From the human T2T-CHM13v2.0 reference genome, Homo sapiens, in assembly GCF_009914755.1 (NCBI RefSeq), contig NC_060931.1: a DNA stretch of 64,000 bases. The stretch is one strand, 5' to 3'. The notes under the pieces are model-generated. The model was not told the origin of the DNA. It searched no databases and was given only the letters and a program-made list of their open reading frames with translations. Made by a program: the position numbers and the translations under genes. Position 1 is the stretch's first letter. Each line of letters starts with the position of its first letter. Shown piece by piece: positions 63,225-64,000 of the stretch.

Positions 63225-63560
63225 TCTCAGAAACTCCCTCTCAGTCAATTCCCACCCAAAAGGTAAACCCTATTCTGACTCCTAGCCCCACTTATGCCTG
63301 TACTTGAACTTCACATAAACAGAGCCAAACAGTATGCTCTTTTGTACTGGGCTTCTGTGTTCAACTTTATTATGTGTGAGATCCATTCATGTTGTGTGCA
63401 TCCATAGTGTATTCTTTTTTACAGCTTGGTATTCCATTTTATGACTATACTATAATATATCCAATCTACTGTTGATGACATTTAGGTTGTTACAGTTTGG
63501 GGACAACATGAAAAATGCTGCCATGAACAGGCTTGGGTATGTCTTTTGGTGGTAATACTG
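63225..63560 (-). mobile_element. Old L1M 3' fragment
   Basis: ACTATTCTGACT...GAGATCCATTCATGTTG...GTTGATGACATTTAGGTTG...ATGCTGCCATGAACA. Confidence 0.75.
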
Positions 63561-63925
63561 ACTTATCTACAGATTAACAGTTTTTGTTTGTTTTGGTAGG
63601 GGCTGGTTAATAATACCTTAGATTGGGAGGATGCAGGGAACTAAAAGTGGACACTGTAGGTGAAAGTAGAAATCGGCATAACCTTTCTGGAGGACAGTTT
63701 GGCAATAGGCACAAGAAGCCTACAAGCATCTATACCCTTTGACCAGTAACACTAGTTCAAGGAAATTTCTTATTGAGAAATTGTACATGCCAGGTCTTCT
63801 TCTAAGTGTTTTATATGTATTAACTCATTTTATTTATTCTAAGGAAATAATTAAATAACCACAATAATTTGTTTAGTATGTCAATCATACCATCATTAGT
63901 AAACATAAGAAAAAGTAGTAAACAG

Positions 63926-64000
63926 GTCAGGCGCGGTGGCTCACACCTGTAATCCCAGCACTTTGGGAGGCTGAGGAGGGTGGATCACGAGGTCAGGAGA
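63926..64000 (+). mobile_element. Alu 5' end (cut by window edge)
   Basis: GGCGCGGTGGCTCACACCTGTAATCCCAGCACTTTGGGAGG. Confidence 0.9.

Overview
Primate, most likely human, genomic DNA from inside KDM7A (JHDM1D/KIAA1718; PHD + JmjC histone demethylase), transcribed on the minus strand. I reconstructed ten GT-AG coding exons (exons 2-11, 1234 nt). They splice in one uninterrupted frame, about residues 65-476 by my recollection of the protein. They cover the second half of the PHD finger and the whole JmjC domain, including the Fe(II) triad HxD...H (TDFHID, WIHAV). Exon 1 lies beyond the right edge, so 30727-64000 is intron 1; exon 12 onward lies beyond the left edge. The rest is intronic and repeat-rich: the 5' end of an L1PA (1-934, sense to the gene), an SVA (5701-7365, antisense), about 35 Alus, old L1/L2/MIR fragments, Tigger and hAT elements, and MaLR LTRs. 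Nearly all ORFs in the supplied track are repeat-derived or chance ORFs. I see no demonstrably new biological system. The best leads are two candidate poison exons (introns 8 and 1), a possible L1-antisense-promoter to SVA chimeric antisense transcript, frame-preserving back-splice circles of exons 2-3 and 2-5, a tetrameric Alu with an exact 169-bp period, and an unidentified poly(A)-tailed retrocopy-like segment. Repeat subfamily calls and boundaries are by eye.
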